Positions 37,486-46,465 of a stretch of 64,000 nucleotides of DNA are shown piece by piece (position 1 is the first letter of the stretch; every line of letters begins with the position of its first letter). This DNA comes from an uncultured virus (IMG/VR IMGVR_UViG_3300025138_000017). Lineage: Duplodnaviria > Heunggongvirae > Uroviricota > Caudoviricetes. The position numbers were made by a program, and so were the translations under genes. The notes under the pieces were generated by a model, which worked only from the letters and a program-made list of their open reading frames with translations, had not been told where the DNA came from and did not search any database. The stretch is from the IMG/VR virus record IMGVR_UViG_3300025138_000017. One strand, 5' to 3'.

Positions 37486-38108
37486 CTATCCTCTAATGTC
37501 CTCTAGCATCTTTTGTTGGAACTTATCTTGGTACCAGGCCACTAGTTTATCCTTTGTGTTCTTGTATGTTAAGAATACTTTGCCTAACCATCTGTCCATA
37601 GTTCTTTGTGGCGTAAACGATTGAGCTAAGTCATTGATCGGATTCAAGCTATCGCATCCATCAGGTAGAACTACAGCTGGATCCTCGTGTAATATTATAC
37701 TGTCTCCATCTGCTGTTATTATAGATTGATGTACCATTTCACTGTGTGAGTGTCCTACTATACATCTCTTGAGTACCATCTCATATTCTCTTGCAACTGT
37801 TCTTGATTCCCAGCCATCGTATAGTGTAACTATCTGACTGACTATCAACAACGGTACTGCAAACCTTGTGGTAAACTTAACCCAGAAGTCTTTAATCATT
37901 GTACTGGAACTAGTTTCTCACCATCTAGTGTAGTGAGACAGTTAGAACACCATTGTAGGTCATCGTGGTTGCATGGAACGTCACCAAAAATTTTGGCTTC
38001 GTGGCGTAGCTGGGCTTCGTTCTTTCTTCTACGTGACTCATCCATCGTCTTTACCCATTCGTCGCTGTTCTTTTGCCATCTTGGACTGTTATAATCATCT
38101 TGGCTCAT
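37486..38108 (-). CDS. Hypothetical proteins (37486-37899 and the ORF ending at 37896)
   Basis: Coupled ORFs. Confidence 0.5.
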
Positions 38109-38272
38109 CTTGTTTAAGAATACTGACATCGATCTCGTCATCATCAAAAGGACAGCCATTGTGTCCTATCATTGAGATCTCGTTCTGTTCTTCCCTCCAT
38201 CTTAAGAAGTCCACTGCTACCTCATATGTTGAATGAGTGAGTGTGCTTACTGGTCCGTTATGTCTTGCCATA

Positions 38273-38623
38273 TTATTTACCTATGTGTTTAATGTCTGTT
38301 GATGGGATAACTTGATACGCACCTTTATTGTACGCTGGAGCTACTGTGAAATTTTTCGAGATCTTAACCTTCTCTTCCGCAAATCGTTTTGCTTCCATCT
38401 CTTCTCTATGTGCTTTTGCTTTCTCAAATGCACTCTTAAGAGTAGGCTTATACGACTGGTGGAGCTGAGAGGGATCGAACCTCCGACCTTCTGGTTGCAA
38501 ACCAGACGCTCTCCCAACTGAGCTACAGCCCCTCATTTTTTTGCTAGGCTTTAATGAGGTTGTCTTACGTTTACGACCATGCATATCATATCGTAAACTT
38601 CCTACCATGTTAATTGTTCCCAT
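38273..38623 (-). CDS. Conserved hypothetical phage protein spanning a tRNA gene
   Basis: RBS AGGAG; SLRYDMHGRKRK N-terminus and VAPAYNKGAYQVI C-terminus; open frame across the tRNA. Confidence 0.65.
   Translation of the reverse strand: MGTINMVGSLRYDMHGRKRKTTSLKPSKKMRGCSSVGRASGLQPEGRRFDPSQLHQSYKPTLKSAFEKAKAHREEMEAKRFAEEKVKISKNFTVAPAYNKGAYQVIPSTDIKHIGK
38457..38532 (-). tRNA. tRNA-Ala(UGC) with encoded CCA
   Basis: GGGGCTG/CAGCTCC acceptor with G3:U70, D arm GCTC/GAGC, anticodon TGC, GGTTCGATCC T-loop, ACCA end; 76 nt. Confidence 0.95.
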
Positions 38624-38624
38624 A

Positions 38625-39975
38625 CTATACTCCTGTGTATCCTAAAGCAATAAGGTTCTTGGCATACTTGTTGCCATCATCATTAGTAGTATACCTAGCC
38701 TTGAGCTCGTTACCGTCTTTGCTTTCCTGGATACGGCAACGAGGCTCTGGCCCCTCTTCCTTGTACTGTATGTTTACGAAGTGGCCCTCACACTCTAGGT
38801 TTATAAACTTAACCATTAGTGCAAAGGTTTAGTGACACCATTTATAGTATAACTAACCAACTCCCAATTACCATCTTGAATGTCAACACCTGATCTGTGT
38901 AACAAACTATCGCACATCAGTTCCCACGATGCATCTACGTTTGTCTTATCTAAGATCAGTTGACATTCCTTACTGTTAAGCTCCAGCAGTTGCTGAAACT
39001 CACTACCACCTGTAGCTTGAACAACTATGTTGTTTGGCAGGTCTTTGCTTTCTCCAAATTTACTCTTCGGTACAGTCATCATCATTTACTTCCTCACTTG
39101 TGTCTACATTTCTATACTGTTCAACATCCTCTGGGTAGATACAACCAGAGAATATCATCTTGTCCAAGTTAAGTCTCACATGAGACTGGAATGGACTTCT
39201 CCTTATTAACTTCTTAGTATTATAGTACATTTCCGAGTCAAAGTCAACGACCATCTCAAAGTTGTCTGATGCTCCTAACTTCTCTCTCCAATTGTCTACT
39301 ACTTTCCAATTGATACTCTTAGCGACCTTTGCTCTTGCTTTGAGCTCAGCGTTACGTTCGTCTTCACTATATGCAAACATTATGCCTCCTTGTCAAGATC
39401 CCACATTATTCTTACACCATTGCCTGTTCTTGATACGAACAGCTTCCAGTTGGATTGTTCTTTTCTCCATTCCTGGACCCATCTATGGCCTTCTCTCTCT
39501 GCATCAAGAAATACTGCATTCGTAATCATTAACGGAATTAGTATTGCTGCATGAGCTATGATGCTTGTTAGTATGTCATATCCATACCACCCTAAGTAGT
39601 ATGTACAGATCAATCCAAATGTAGCACTCCATATTGTAAACAATACTAGCATGAAGTATCCTTGTAGGCTTGGATCACCAACAAATCTCAATGGATTAAA
39701 TCTTACATCCATTATGACTCTCCATGAGTCAACTACGAACATTATTGCTCTTCTTATTATATTAGGTTTTTGCATTATAACTCTCCTCGTTTCTTTGCTT
39801 CCTTTTTCTTATCAATATGAACTTGGCTCTTGCCATGGTCTGGAGTCTTCTTGCGAGCTTTTGGTTCTGGTTTTTTCTTACCAAAAATTTTCTCCCAATT
39901 GTCGGAGTACTTGTTGTCATCCTGACCAGAACGACGACCACTTCCTTTTCCACCATGCCAATTACTATTCTTCAT
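38625..39975 (-). CDS. Array of small hypothetical proteins (38625-38816, 38816-39085, 39060-39380, 39380-39775 membrane, 39775-39975 basic)
   Basis: Coupled ORFs with overlapping start/stop codons. Confidence 0.55.
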
Positions 39976-40140
39976 ACCATTACCAATGTCTCACTACGTT
40001 AGCCATTATCATACATGCACACACTAAATTAGTCAACACTATGACAGAGCGGACGACACAAATAATATCGTCCTGCCCTCTAGTCTGCTCATCGGAAAAG
40101 GATCCGAGAGCATGTTTCCATATAGACCATACTCTATTCA

Positions 40141-40578
40141 TTACCATCCACCTACATCAAAACATGGTATTCCATTATCTCTCCACATCTTGACTACCGA
40201 CGGTCTATCGTCAACAGTAAATTGTGGCTTAAGGTCTTCTGCTATGAATAGATCCAAGACATCTTTCTTGAACTCATGATCTGGGTCATAGTTATTATCA
40301 GGTCTCATGATTAAACGCATGTAGTCAAGGTTACCAAGTGCTAATTGCTTTTCAGTAATCTCTCTCTGTTTCTCCATACGTCCACTAAGAACAATAATTT
40401 TATAGCCATCTTTAGCCAATGCGTTAGCCATTTGAAACACATGATCGTTGATTGTGTCGTATGTGATATACGAATTGAATGACTTCCAGTCTTTGTTGTC
40501 TCCCTCAACATAGTGACGCCTATGCTCTATGTTCATAAGCGTTCCGTCTACATCAAAGAATGCTATTCTGTTCTTCAT
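40141..40578 (-). CDS. HAD phosphatase (PseT C-terminal-like)
   Basis: FDVDGTL, LSGR, LIMRP, VDDRPSVVKMWR. Confidence 0.85.
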   Translation of the reverse strand: MKNRIAFFDVDGTLMNIEHRRHYVEGDNKDWKSFNSYITYDTINDHVFQMANALAKDGYKIIVLSGRMEKQREITEKQLALGNLDYMRLIMRPDNNYDPDHEFKKDVLDLFIAEDLKPQFTVDDRPSVVKMWRDNGIPCFDVGGW

Positions 40579-40994
40579 AAGTAAAATTCCTCTTCTATAG
40601 GAAGCTCATGCAATGTAGCTTGAGCTAATATTGCATCTTCCATGTAGTCTACCTTTTCATCTAACTGATTGAATAGTTTAACAGCTATATCTGCTGCACT
40701 ACTATCATCATAACTTTTTCCACCTACATTCCAAGTAGTCTTAACATACTGATCATGTAGATTGCGAGAAAAGTGCCAATCGTATAACGTAAAAGTACCA
40801 TACTTTCTATCTCCTTCACCATCACTGACTTGATATTCAATGATCCATTCTGTTGTGATCTTATCACCAATCCCTTCAAAGGCTGGTTTCCCAAACATTC
40901 TTACTAGATCACTGTAAGATGCCTCTATATTACCTTGTAGAGAAGTACCATGTGTGTATCCACGCTCGCAAGGTATTAACTGTATTGTTTGCAT
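40575..40994 (-). CDS. Early hypothetical protein
   Basis: GTSLQG...FGKP...FTLYDW...WNVGG; promoter TTGACT-N17-TATAAT at 41024-41052. Confidence 0.65.
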   Translation of the reverse strand: MQTIQLIPCERGYTHGTSLQGNIEASYSDLVRMFGKPAFEGIGDKITTEWIIEYQVSDGEGDRKYGTFTLYDWHFSRNLHDQYVKTTWNVGGKSYDDSSAADIAVKLFNQLDEKVDYMEDAILAQATLHELPIEEEFYL

Positions 40995-41073
40995 ATTGAA
41001 CTCCTTTTATCAAATATAGACCCATTATACTAAATCCTTGATTAGAAGTCAACAGTTAATGTGATGTTACCAC

Positions 41074-41099
41074 AAAAAAAAAGACCCCGGAGGGTCTTT
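41074..41099 (-). terminator. Intrinsic terminator ending the candidate large ncRNA
   Basis: AAAGACCC-TCCG-GGGTCTTT followed by a T-tract. Confidence 0.88.
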
Positions 41100-41561
41100 C
41101 TTCTCGACTGCTTTGCATCGGACTTATATCGTACTCGTTAATCTCAGAGCTCCAGGTAGGGTTAGCCGAAGCATCCTACTATCTCTTGCTAAGAGAATGG
41201 ATCCTGAACCGCTAAGTTCTTGTGTCGTTATCAAGTGCGAACCTAATAACCTATCCCTTTCCGACTGCAGGGTTTCTCTCCCATGTTAGTATCAAGCGTT
41301 TCTTCATACCCGCGACTAGCTCAGTCTCTATTGATTCGTCCTACGTTTGGTCCCCGATGTACTATACCTCTTCCAGGTCGGTCTTCCTATACACATTTGG
41401 ACTTCTGCCGATTCAAATGCTTTGAGCTACCGCTCGGGGTGTCCACCTGTCTTCTTACCTCTGAGCAACTGATAAGGTTGCCATCTCGTGTAAACTGTCT
41501 CCTCAGGGTAGGTAATTGCATTTTACCTTTTCTCTTCCTTCGGGGGTGTTTCCCTCAATAT
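41074..41561 (-). ncRNA. Candidate large structured non-coding RNA (~490 nt)
   Basis: Consensus promoter (41568-41596) and terminator bracket a GC-enriched, hairpin-dense segment with no minus-strand ORF of 60 aa or more. Confidence 0.7.
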
Positions 41562-41567
41562 GATACT

Positions 41568-41596
41568 ATTATACTAAATTGTATCTTTGAAGTCAA
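41568..41596 (-). promoter_or_regulatory. sigma70-type promoter
   Basis: TTGACT-N17-TATAAT. Confidence 0.85.
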
Positions 41597-41694
41597 CAGT
41601 TATTTTAAATTAATTTTAGTTTATTTGAGCCAACTGATCATGAGAGATAGTTGAACGCTCTTAGAACGTGTTATATTAAGTCTGAGACCGGGTA

Positions 41695-41886
41695 TTAGTT
41701 GCTATACTTGGACCATATACCTGTTCTAACTAGCATACTGCATACAAACACAATACCTACCCAAACAGATGGAACAGCAAATAGAAAATGTAGTATGTAT
41801 ACAATGATAGCTGCTGTCACAGTATCTGCTATAACAAGTCCAGTTCTCTTTCCATACTCTTTTGCTTTATTCATCATCAACTCCAT
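41695..41886 (-). CDS. Small membrane protein
   Basis: Two hydrophobic segments. Confidence 0.5.
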   Translation of the reverse strand: MELMMNKAKEYGKRTGLVIADTVTAAIIVYILHFLFAVPSVWVGIVFVCSMLVRTGIWSKYSN

Positions 41887-42208
41887 GCAGCCTTATAAAA
41901 TATTCAGCATCCACGACTACTAATGGCTTACTGTTGTTCTTCTTCATAAACAATACTGGCTCATAATCACCACTATTGGCTTCTGCCTGTTCATATGACT
42001 TCCACACATTTACTTTTTCTTGATTCTTGCATTCAATTGAGTAAGGAAACTTAGAGCGGGCTGCTCTAGCCATAATTAGGTCCTCACCACCTGCACCCAT
42101 TGATCTTGATTCTATATCTTCTGGATGGACAGATAGCTTTTCAATCAATAGGTCTCTAACCCATTGCTGGAACCTTCTTCCTTTAGCTTTTGCTGATGAT
42201 GTTTTCAT
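41867..42208 (-). CDS. PD-(D/E)XK nuclease / Holliday-junction-resolvase-like protein
   Basis: AKAKGRRFQ, GEDL, SIECKNQE. Confidence 0.7.
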   Translation of the reverse strand: MKTSSAKAKGRRFQQWVRDLLIEKLSVHPEDIESRSMGAGGEDLIMARAARSKFPYSIECKNQEKVNVWKSYEQAEANSGDYEPVLFMKKNNSKPLVVVDAEYFIRLHGVDDE

Positions 42209-42768
42209 TTACTATACTCCATATTCACTTTACTATGACGAGCCTCATCTGCTCTCACTTTTATAATTAAATCAGATAACTTTGCACTCTTCTTCATCTT
42301 ATAATAATCTATTGCTAACTGTGGTGCTGGGACATTTTCCACTTGACCATTCTCTATCATTTCTAAGTATTGAGTATAACTGATCACTGCTTCTTCTTCA
42401 AAGTAAGCTATCATTCTATGTGCTGTCTTAAAATCTATGATGTAAATTATAAAATAGAACCACCAGAATATTAATTGAGCTATTAACACTAACAGTCTTT
42501 CAAACCAATTAGGTCTAGCTATCTCGATAAAGAACATCAAATGCATTCTCTCGTTCTCAGCTTCTTCTAGCATCTCTCTTATCTGTGGTCCCCATCCAGT
42601 CTTCATCTTTCTAAGACTTTTGAGGTGTAACCACATACCAGCAACCATTCCTGGTACACCAGCTATTGTTTCTAATACTACAGCTCTATGGCCATATCTT
42701 TTAGCAAAAAATGTGTCGGCAATGAATCTGAAAAACTTTGTCATTGATTTCGCAAATACATCTCTCAT
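42205..42768 (-). CDS. aox: Alternative (ubiquinol) oxidase AOX
   Basis: LETIAGVPG, EAENERMHL, FEEEAV.SY, RADEARH di-iron motifs. Confidence 0.93.
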   Translation of the reverse strand: MRDVFAKSMTKFFRFIADTFFAKRYGHRAVVLETIAGVPGMVAGMWLHLKSLRKMKTGWGPQIREMLEEAENERMHLMFFIEIARPNWFERLLVLIAQLIFWWFYFIIYIIDFKTAHRMIAYFEEEAVISYTQYLEMIENGQVENVPAPQLAIDYYKMKKSAKLSDLIIKVRADEARHSKVNMEYSK

Positions 42769-42774
42769 CGTTCA

Positions 42775-42966
42775 CTAATCCCAATCCCCAACCATATCGT
42801 TCTCAAAGTTTATATCTTTTAAGTCGAGGTCAATGTCATATGACTTGCCACATAATGGACAAAATCTTATTTCTTCTTCTGTTATATCTTCATTGATTTC
42901 AACATCAAATATAAATTCACTATGGCATGAATTACAATAATAATCTTTCTGTGTTATTTCGGACAT
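42775..42966 (-). CDS. Small zinc-ribbon protein
   Basis: CNSC...FCPLCG. Confidence 0.6.
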   Translation of the reverse strand: MSEITQKDYYCNSCHSEFIFDVEINEDITEEEIRFCPLCGKSYDIDLDLKDINFENDMVGDWD

Positions 42967-43535
42967 ATTAGCTCCTTCGTTGATAGTTTGACTAATGTTA
43001 TATTAGTTATCAATTCTCTACACTCGACGAACTTATACATGGCGTTCAATAACTCATTGTGGCCATAGTTTTTGCTAGTATCTATAGCTGAAGCAAACTG
43101 TCCTTTGGTATCTCCAATGTAAAAATAGCTTATACCTAATGAGTCTGGGTTAGCTTGTTGTAGCTTGATCCAGAAGTTTGGTTGTAAACTGAGGAATTCA
43201 GAATTCAATCCAGTATGACTTGTTATCAATATACGACCATCAACTTTACTTTTGTTCCATACGTCCTTTAATCTTCCTTCTATATCTAATGTATTGCTTA
43301 AGTAAGGACCAACTACAACTACATCAGCTTTTCTGTTATTAGTTATAACATCAAACCCCAACTCTTGCCACATAGCTTTGCTGGTAGATGGGTTTACGAG
43401 TTTTGGTAGATGAGCTTTGTAGTATTTCATCATACCTGTCTGCCACATCTTTTGAGTGCCATACTCGAATACATTGCCCTGAGGTACTTTTCTGAGCATG
43501 TGAGCTATTTGTTTAGCGGTTGGTTGTATATACAC
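42954..43535 (-). CDS. Hypothetical protein, possibly a degenerate methyltransferase fold
   Basis: VFEYGTQ, ADVVV...K.DGRILI segments. Confidence 0.4.
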   Translation of the reverse strand: MYIQPTAKQIAHMLRKVPQGNVFEYGTQKMWQTGMMKYYKAHLPKLVNPSTSKAMWQELGFDVITNNRKADVVVVGPYLSNTLDIEGRLKDVWNKSKVDGRILITSHTGLNSEFLSLQPNFWIKLQQANPDSLGISYFYIGDTKGQFASAIDTSKNYGHNELLNAMYKFVECRELITNITLVKLSTKELICPK

Positions 43536-44385
43536 TCTTCCACTCCTTTATATGCTTAATGACATCTCCTTTATAATCACCATAGTTCTCTATACAATGA
43601 GTACGTTGAGCTTCTCCAGGTAAATCAAACTTATATATCTTCTGATGATCAAATGCATTAGCTACATCTTCTATTGATACAGGATTGCCTGTACCAAAGT
43701 GTACTTCTTGGATCTTACCATTGGACACATCTTTGTCTTCCATCATCAACATCATATTACTCACTACATCAAACACGTTGGTGAAGTCTCTCTCTTTTGT
43801 TCCATTACCAAATATCTCTAACGATTCATCTCTCTGTACTTTCTGCTTAAATCTTCTTACAACAGTACTATATGGTCCATAGTCTGCTTCTCTTGGTCCA
43901 TAGACTGAATAATAGAACATGTACGTGACTTGCATTCCATACTCTGTCTGATATAAATTAAGTATCTCATCTGCAAACATCTTGCTTAATGAATATGGAT
44001 TCTTAGCTGTCTCTTCGTATTGTATACTACTTGATTGAGCAAAGAACACATGACTACCATGAGCTAATGCTAGTTCACACACAGCCGTAGTTGATGTGAC
44101 ATTGTTGTCAATTGTCTCTGCTGGAAATTCTATTGATCTTCTGACTCTTGGAGTATTTGCCAAATGAAATATAGAATCAAAACTATAATTGTCTTTAAGA
44201 TATGATTGGAGTTCTTCATCTTGGATAGATTTATGATAGTATTTAACTTCCGGAACCACATGATGTCCAGGTGTCCGTAAGTCGTCTACTACTACAATAT
44301 TTATATTGGGATATGTTCTTATCAACATATCTACCAAGTGGCCTCCTATGAAACCACATCCACCTGTCACTAAAACATTATTCAT
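43513..44385 (-). CDS. NAD-dependent nucleotide-sugar epimerase/dehydratase
   Basis: VTGGCGFIG, YSLSK (YxxxK), VYGP, GNGTKERDF. Confidence 0.9.
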   Translation of the reverse strand: MNNVLVTGGCGFIGGHLVDMLIRTYPNINIVVVDDLRTPGHHVVPEVKYYHKSIQDEELQSYLKDNYSFDSIFHLANTPRVRRSIEFPAETIDNNVTSTTAVCELALAHGSHVFFAQSSSIQYEETAKNPYSLSKMFADEILNLYQTEYGMQVTYMFYYSVYGPREADYGPYSTVVRRFKQKVQRDESLEIFGNGTKERDFTNVFDVVSNMMLMMEDKDVSNGKIQEVHFGTGNPVSIEDVANAFDHQKIYKFDLPGEAQRTHCIENYGDYKGDVIKHIKEWKSVYTTNR

Positions 44386-44456
44386 TTTGATCCTTTTTGA
44401 ACATTCTATTGGCATTACGTTGCATTGATAGTTCTATTTGTCTATCAAGCCAATTT

Positions 44457-44633
44457 CTAAGCCATTGTCTGATCTTGCCCATCTTCGTCCTTAGTTAGTT
44501 GCTCTATCTCATCACAGCATTCAGTACAATACTCTGTATCCATGTTGATAGTGCCTTCAGCACATACTACTCTGTAGCTGTACTTCTCTAGCTCTTTTTC
44601 TTCACCGCACCTTTCGCACGTACCTATCTTCAT
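44457..44633 (-). CDS. 58-aa Cys-rich zinc-binding protein (probably leaderless)
   Basis: CERC...CTECC; promoter at 44641-44669 ends 7 nt before the ATG. Confidence 0.55.
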   Translation of the reverse strand: MKIGTCERCGEEKELEKYSYRVVCAEGTINMDTEYCTECCDEIEQLTKDEDGQDQTMA

Positions 44634-44669
44634 AGCATGTATTATACTCTATGATCAACTAGAAGTCAA

Positions 44670-44942
44670 CTATACTAGCTCAATTCCGCTTGTATGAGTT
44701 CTGTAAGCCTTTTCGACTTGTTCGTTTGTCTCTGTTAGAAACACGTAGTTTTGAATATGTTGCTCTTCTGGACTTTCTACTCCAGTTTGACAGATACCTC
44801 TTGCGAAGCCCATCTCACCATTTGGTCCTTGTACAACCATTCTTGGATCAGTTAGGTGTACACCTGACTCATCTTTCTCTACAAATTTGCCAACGAACTC
44901 GCCAGCCATTGTGATCACCGTCACTACATCATTCTTTTTCAT
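44670..44942 (-). CDS. Small Sm-like hypothetical protein
   Basis: GEFVGK...DPR...Y...TSGI pattern seen in T4-like phages. Confidence 0.55.
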   Translation of the reverse strand: MKKNDVVTVITMAGEFVGKFVEKDESGVHLTDPRMVVQGPNGEMGFARGICQTGVESPEEQHIQNYVFLTETNEQVEKAYRTHTSGIELV

Positions 44943-45379
44943 TTCATAGTCTCCTGAATAAATTCCCCAAGTGTTTTTATATCCTGATCACTTAACATAC
45001 CAGCCTGACCCCACATAAGAGCGCTTTGTGGTCCTATTGTACCATTATTCTTATATGTAGTCAACTTATTAATAATATTACCAGAACTTTGTCCTGCTAA
45101 CTTAGGTCCTATACCTCCACCGCCATCTGGTCCATGACATGCAGCACATCCTGCCCACAGACCTCTAATGTCACTGAATGGATCACCTGCTGCAGCTTCT
45201 TTTGCTGCAACTAACTGTTCTACTACAGTACCATTTAACTCCACATACTCTGCATAACACATTCCTGTGCATGAATGAGTACTAGGATAACCTTTTACTT
45301 CTAAATCAGGATATATAACCGTAACAAAAAATAATGTAAAAGCAATACATCCTAATAATACTGTTCCCAATTCTCTCAT
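44939..45379 (-). CDS. Membrane-anchored c-type cytochrome (c553/c4-like)
   Basis: CAACHG heme motif, GPKLAGQ, distal Met (ALMWGQA), N-terminal TM. Confidence 0.88.
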   Translation of the reverse strand: MRELGTVLLGCIAFTLFFVTVIYPDLEVKGYPSTHSCTGMCYAEYVELNGTVVEQLVAAKEAAAGDPFSDIRGLWAGCAACHGPDGGGGIGPKLAGQSSGNIINKLTTYKNNGTIGPQSALMWGQAGMLSDQDIKTLGEFIQETMK

Positions 45380-45385
45380 AATCTC

Positions 45386-46465
45386 CTATAATGATAAGCC
45401 TTTGAATGTCTTTTCATCGACATCTTTCTTCACACCACCAACTACATAAGAACTAATCTCTGTCTCTTGTGGGGCAACCTGTACCTCACCACCACTTATC
45501 CACTTCTGGGTCCATGGTAATGGATTCATCTTTCCAGTAGTATATGGAGACTCAAGGTTTACTGCACGCATTCTCTTTGTACCTATCCATTCTACATACT
45601 GTTTCAATAATTCAGCATTAAGACCAATCATGGATCCGTCTTTGAACAGATATTCTGCCCATGCCTTTTCTTGTTCTATTACATCTACAAATATTCTCTC
45701 AACCTCATCTTGACACTCTGTCTTTAGTTTAGCAAAGTCTTTATCATCATTTGGTAATAGTTTTAGTATTGTCTGTGTGCTTGCTAAGTGAGTATTCTCG
45801 TCTCTAGCTATGAATTTAATAATCTTAGCATTCCCTTCCATCTTTTTAAGTTCAGCAAATGCCCAACTGCAAGCAAATGACACATAGAATCTTACACCTT
45901 CGAGTGCATTGACAGCATTGAGTGCTAACCACAATGATTTTTTATGCTCATAAGAACCATACTTCTTATTACTGTCTGTAATAGCCATAAGGTCATCATA
46001 GTACTTGCCTATCTCATCTGCACAATCTGATATCTCTTTAACATTCATTATGTTATCAAACACTTCACCAGGCTGTGGATATATATTTCTAATGATATGG
46101 GTATAGGATCGACTGTGGATCGTTTCAAAGAACGACCACGTCTCAATCCATGTCTCCAGTTCAGGGAGTGACACGAGTGGTAGAAACGCTAGGTTAGGAC
46201 ACCTACCCTGAACTGAATCCAAAACGATTTGTCTTTTTAGATTCGATGTAAATATATGTTGTTCTGATTCTGTAAGAGCTTTGAAATCGCTAGCATCTCT
46301 AAGGACATCTACCTCTTCTGGTCTCCAAAAGAAACCTAATTGCTTGTCGCATATTCTTTCTAAGTGTGGATACTTTACATCATCATATCTGGCAATGTCC
46401 ACACCCTCATCAAAGAACATTGTTCTTTCTTTATGATACTTTTTACTGTTTCCTATAGCACGCAT
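45386..46465 (-). CDS. nrdB: Ribonucleotide reductase class Ia beta subunit
   Basis: FFWRPEEV, LDSVQGR, ETIHSRSY, LEGVRFYVSFA, ARDENTH, APQETEISSY. Confidence 0.97.
   Translation of the reverse strand: MRAIGNSKKYHKERTMFFDEGVDIARYDDVKYPHLERICDKQLGFFWRPEEVDVLRDASDFKALTESEQHIFTSNLKRQIVLDSVQGRCPNLAFLPLVSLPELETWIETWSFFETIHSRSYTHIIRNIYPQPGEVFDNIMNVKEISDCADEIGKYYDDLMAITDSNKKYGSYEHKKSLWLALNAVNALEGVRFYVSFACSWAFAELKKMEGNAKIIKFIARDENTHLASTQTILKLLPNDDKDFAKLKTECQDEVERIFVDVIEQEKAWAEYLFKDGSMIGLNAELLKQYVEWIGTKRMRAVNLESPYTTGKMNPLPWTQKWISGGEVQVAPQETEISSYVVGGVKKDVDEKTFKGLSL

Noticed and set aside
41074..41561. Large RNA as tmRNA, RNase P RNA or group I intron
   Set aside because: No tRNA-like acceptor/T-arm ends and no RNase P P4 pairing. 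AATCGGCAG, AGAGACTG and GATATAAGTCC loosely recall group I Q/R/S elements, but P4 and P7 do not pair cleanly and there are no flanking exons.
41222..41654. Plus-strand ORFs of 67 and 123 aa over the ncRNA candidate
   Set aside because: No RBS or promoter on that strand, atypical composition, antisense to a clear promoter-terminator unit.
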